From positions 3,104,001 through 3,168,000 of the forward strand of contig OY820905.2 of NCBI GenBank assembly GCA_963555755.3: a stretch of 64,000 nt of DNA. The letters are read 5' to 3'. A model generated the notes under the pieces. That model searched no databases. It saw only the letters and a program-made list of their open reading frames with translations, and was not told where the DNA came from. Each line of letters begins with the position of its first letter. Positions within the stretch are counted from its first letter, which is position 1. The translations under genes were made by a program, and so were the position numbers. The DNA comes from Nitrospirales bacterium. Lineage in GTDB: Bacteria; Nitrospirota; Nitrospiria; Nitrospirales; UBA8639. Below are positions 61,177-64,000 of this stretch, one piece after another.

Positions 61177-61235
61177 AACGTATCTCGGGGTTCGTCTCTC
61201 GGAGTTTGTATCTCGTATCTCGTGAAGCGTATTTC
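61177..61235. repeat. Left arm of a heptamer hairpin (CGTATCT units); the right arm is at 62306-62330 beyond the IS
   Basis: gtatctcgtgaagcgtatttcgt pairs with acgagatacgcttcacgagatac. Confidence 0.8.
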
Positions 61236-61284
61236 GTGTAAGAAGAAGAAATACGAAATCCGATTGATACTCTGAAAGAACTCT

Positions 61285-62296
61285 TATGCCTTCCCATTTA
61301 ACTAAGGTTGCTTCAGTTTATTGAATCCCAAGGGTTTTGAGCTGCTGGTCAGGATTTTCAACAAACTCTGGAAGGTACTCATTGGAGTCTCACGGCGGTT
61401 ATAGCGAAAGACAAACTCATCAAGATAGTGTTGCAGGTATTTTGAATCCACTCCATGGTGAATCCCGTTCAGCCAGGTCTGCAGATTGCCGAACGCTCTA
61501 TGGATGTGTGGAGCGTGCTTCCCAGCACTTGCTGGGTCACCCTGGGTCCGTCTCAGGTGTTCGTATCCTGCCAAGGCTTTTGCCGAGTATCCCTTCCAAC
61601 CATCGGACTTGATCTTACTGCCCTCAGCGACATGGCTATTGAGGAATGCTTTGATCTCGTTCTCTCCAGCGTCTTGAAGAATCGCTAATCGTAAACGCCC
61701 TGCTTTCTCTCGAAAGTGATCCCCTTGTGTGTACGTGACAATTTCTACGGCTCCGGCTATTAACGTCTTGGTTTTCGCTTTCGCGACGCCACGGCCCGTT
61801 TTGCCTTTTACCGGTCCACCGATATGGGTTTCATCGGCTTCAACTGTTCCTGCGAGCCGTTCACGGTTCTGTCGTACCATTCCTCGTCGCAATCTGTGGA
61901 GCAAATACCAGGCGCTATCCACCTTCTTGATACTGAGTTGACGCTGCAATTGCACAGCACTGATGCCAGGTGTGTGCGTGGAGACGAAATAGGCAGCCCA
62001 AAACCAAAGCCGTAGCGGCAAGTGCGATCTATGCATCACTGTGCCGCTTAGCGGTGATGTCTGTCTATGACACGACGAACACTCAAACCGGAAATATTTT
62101 TTGAGCCACCAACCACCGCGATGACCGCAAGCTGGACACATAAACCCGTCTGGCCACCGAATCGCCCGCAAGTACTCGAAGCACGCTTCTTCGGTGTGGA
62201 ACCTAACAGAAAAATCCAAGATATCAGCAGCATACCCTGTGTCCATAGTCCAGCAGACTAGTCTAGGGACTAACCTTAGTCAAATGGGAAGGCATA
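61285..62296 (-). mobile_element. IS1595-family element, second full copy (transposase 61302-62246)
   Basis: Identical protein and TIRs to 19742-20753; 8-bp TSD agaactct at 61277-61284 and 62297-62304. Confidence 0.96.
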
Positions 62297-62356
62297 AGAA
62301 CTCTTTTACGAGATACGCTTCACGAGATACATTCCGAATCCCCGATTGGAAAAAAT

Positions 62357-63508
62357 ATGAATAACGACTCGAAGGGCTTTGAAATGTGGAAAAACATTTG
62401 CAATGTAAAATTGAGGAGGACGTTCTTTCTCGTCGGATGCCTCATTGTGGGCGGGATGTTTGGGGGATGTGGGGAAGCGCCTCAAGCAGAACCAGAAGAA
62501 TTGATCAGGCCCGTCCGTTCGCAACTGGTCTTTCTGACAGGAAGCGACCAAGTTCGCACCTTTTCTGGAACTGCCAGGGCCGGTCTGGAAGCAAAGTTAA
62601 GTTTTAAAGTATCAGGGACACTTCAACGGTTGTTGGTAAAAGTGGGAGACAAAGTTCGGCAAGGCCAAGTGATCGCCGTGCTTGATGCACGAGACTATGA
62701 CTTGCAAGTTCAACGGGCGGAAGCCACGCTGGCGCGTGCCAAAGCCTCCGCCAGGAGTGCGTCTGCCGACTACTCACGAGTCCGGGCCCTCTACGAAAAC
62801 CGCAATGCCTCTCGAAACGATTTGGATCAGGCCAGGGCTGCGGCTGAATCCTCGCGGGCGGAAGTCGCCTCCAGTACCAAAGATGTGGAAATTGCCAGTT
62901 TGCAATTAGGGTATACCCGATTGTCTGCTCCTGCGACATGCTATGTCGCATCAGTCCCTGTGGAGGTGAATGAAAATGTGCAGGCTGGCGGGATCGTCAT
63001 GGAAGTAGTGTGCGGTTCTCGATTGGAAGTCGAAGTGAGTATTCCCGAAGTGTTTATTGCCCGTGTGAAAAAAGGCAGCGCGGTGACAGCGACCTTCGAT
63101 GCGATTCCGGGCATTCAGTTTCCCTCGATAGTCACGGAGGTAGGCGTGGCATCGGGGAGAACGGGGACCACCTTTCCTGTGACTGTTCAATTGCAACAAC
63201 GAGTTCCAGGATTTCGATCCGGCTTAGCGGCAGAAGTGACGTTTCGCTTTGAAGGGCGGAAGGGCCAGGCCCGAATTCTGGTTCCTCCTGTTGCGGTGGG
63301 TGAGGACCGTGAAGGTCGGTTTGTCTTTGTGTTTGAAGAAATTGAAGGGGGAATGGGAATGGTTCACCGAAAGCCAGTCACCGTTGGAGAACTCACGGCT
63401 GAAGGATTAGAAATCCTCGATGGTCTGGTCGATGGGGAACGTGTCGTCACCGCCGGAGTGCGCCGGTTACATGACGGCCGGAAAGTACGGTTGATGGATG
63501 ATGCGTGA
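62357..63508 (+). CDS. RND efflux membrane-fusion (periplasmic adaptor) lipoprotein
   Basis: Lipobox FGGC, LSFKVSG, VKVGDKVRQGQ, LGYTRLSAP, GLVDGERVVTAG. Confidence 0.92.
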   Translation: MNNDSKGFEMWKNICNVKLRRTFFLVGCLIVGGMFGGCGEAPQAEPEELIRPVRSQLVFLTGSDQVRTFSGTARAGLEAKLSFKVSGTLQRLLVKVGDKVRQGQVIAVLDARDYDLQVQRAEATLARAKASARSASADYSRVRALYENRNASRNDLDQARAAAESSRAEVASSTKDVEIASLQLGYTRLSAPATCYVASVPVEVNENVQAGGIVMEVVCGSRLEVEVSIPEVFIARVKKGSAVTATFDAIPGIQFPSIVTEVGVASGRTGTTFPVTVQLQQRVPGFRSGLAAEVTFRFEGRKGQARILVPPVAVGEDREGRFVFVFEEIEGGMGMVHRKPVTVGELTAEGLEILDGLVDGERVVTAGVRRLHDGRKVRLMDDA

Positions 63509-63556
63509 TGCGTGAAAGACTCTTCCCCCATTACGCATAACTCATTACGCATCACG
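63498..63556. repeat. Inverted heptamer array overlapping the MFP stop codon
   Basis: tgatgcg tgatgcg tgaaag ... cattacg cataact cattacg catcacg. Confidence 0.75.
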
Positions 63557-63636
63557 ATTTTCTCAACAGCTGTAATTTATCAACTATAACTCAATATGGA
63601 ACTGGAAAGTTTTTCAACATCCTGACAGGTCCTATC

Positions 63637-64000
63637 GTGAATATCACTCGTTTCGCCATCGACAACAATCGCATAACCTGTGTGACCCTATTTGTCATTA
63701 TTCTGGCAGGAGTTGGTGCGTACAATAGTATGCCGAGAAACGAGGATCCGGGTTTTATTATTCGCACGGCGCTCGTAAAAACGGTCTTTCCAGGCGCCAG
63801 TCCGGAACGGGTTGAACAACTCGTGACCGATAAACTGGAAAAAGTGATTCAGGAAATTCCGGAGCTTGATGCGGTGCGAAGTGAGTCAAAAACCGGAGTG
63901 TCGATCATCTGGATCGATATCAAGGAACAATATAAAAACATCCGTCCGATTTGGGATAACCTCCGCCGGAAAGTCGAAAAGGCCACGCCGGATTTGCCCG
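63637..64000 (+). CDS. RND efflux permease (AcrB family), 5' part, runs off the window
   Basis: GTG start; NITRFAIDN..MPRNEDP..FPGASPERVEQLVTDKLEK. Confidence 0.9.
   Translation, partial: MNITRFAIDNNRITCVTLFVIILAGVGAYNSMPRNEDPGFIIRTALVKTVFPGASPERVEQLVTDKLEKVIQEIPELDAVRSESKTGVSIIWIDIKEQYKNIRPIWDNLRRKVEKATPDLP

Overview
Bacterial chromosomal window of roughly 50-55% GC by eye. The gene order trmFO-xerC-hslV-hslU-argB and the intergenic repeat families suggest Nitrospirota, but this is an inference. The housekeeping blocks are cysQ, mlaA, murJ-dtd, an asparaginase, bcp, pdxB and an Rrf2-led sulfate assimilation operon (SiR-HEPN-TusA fusion, APS reductase, TrpD/YbiB-like protein, cysD, cysNC). 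The window also has gdx/sugE, tmRNA, a PCD plus B12 radical-SAM pair, pqiAABC and an RND efflux operon whose TolC is fused to a substrate-binding domain. Accessory DNA: an IS1 and two IS1595 copies (plus a partial tandem duplication), a roughly 14 kb minus-strand defence island (AAA, SNF2, SWIM-HTH, type I RM, M48 peptidase) interrupted by a RAYT/REP element, and several gene fragments. Three structures stand out. (1) A 660-nt ORF-less group IIC intron sits right after the hairpin of a repeat element, with a 7-bp EBS1/IBS1 match. (2) A RAYT element's REP palindromes are interleaved with tandem degenerate copies of the hsdS 3' end. (3) A four-helix-bundle gene is bracketed by duplicated inverted heptamer arrays, and the same heptamer-hairpin design recurs without the gene at several other sites, including in-frame inside hsdM. 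All calls come from reading the sequence; no database search was run.
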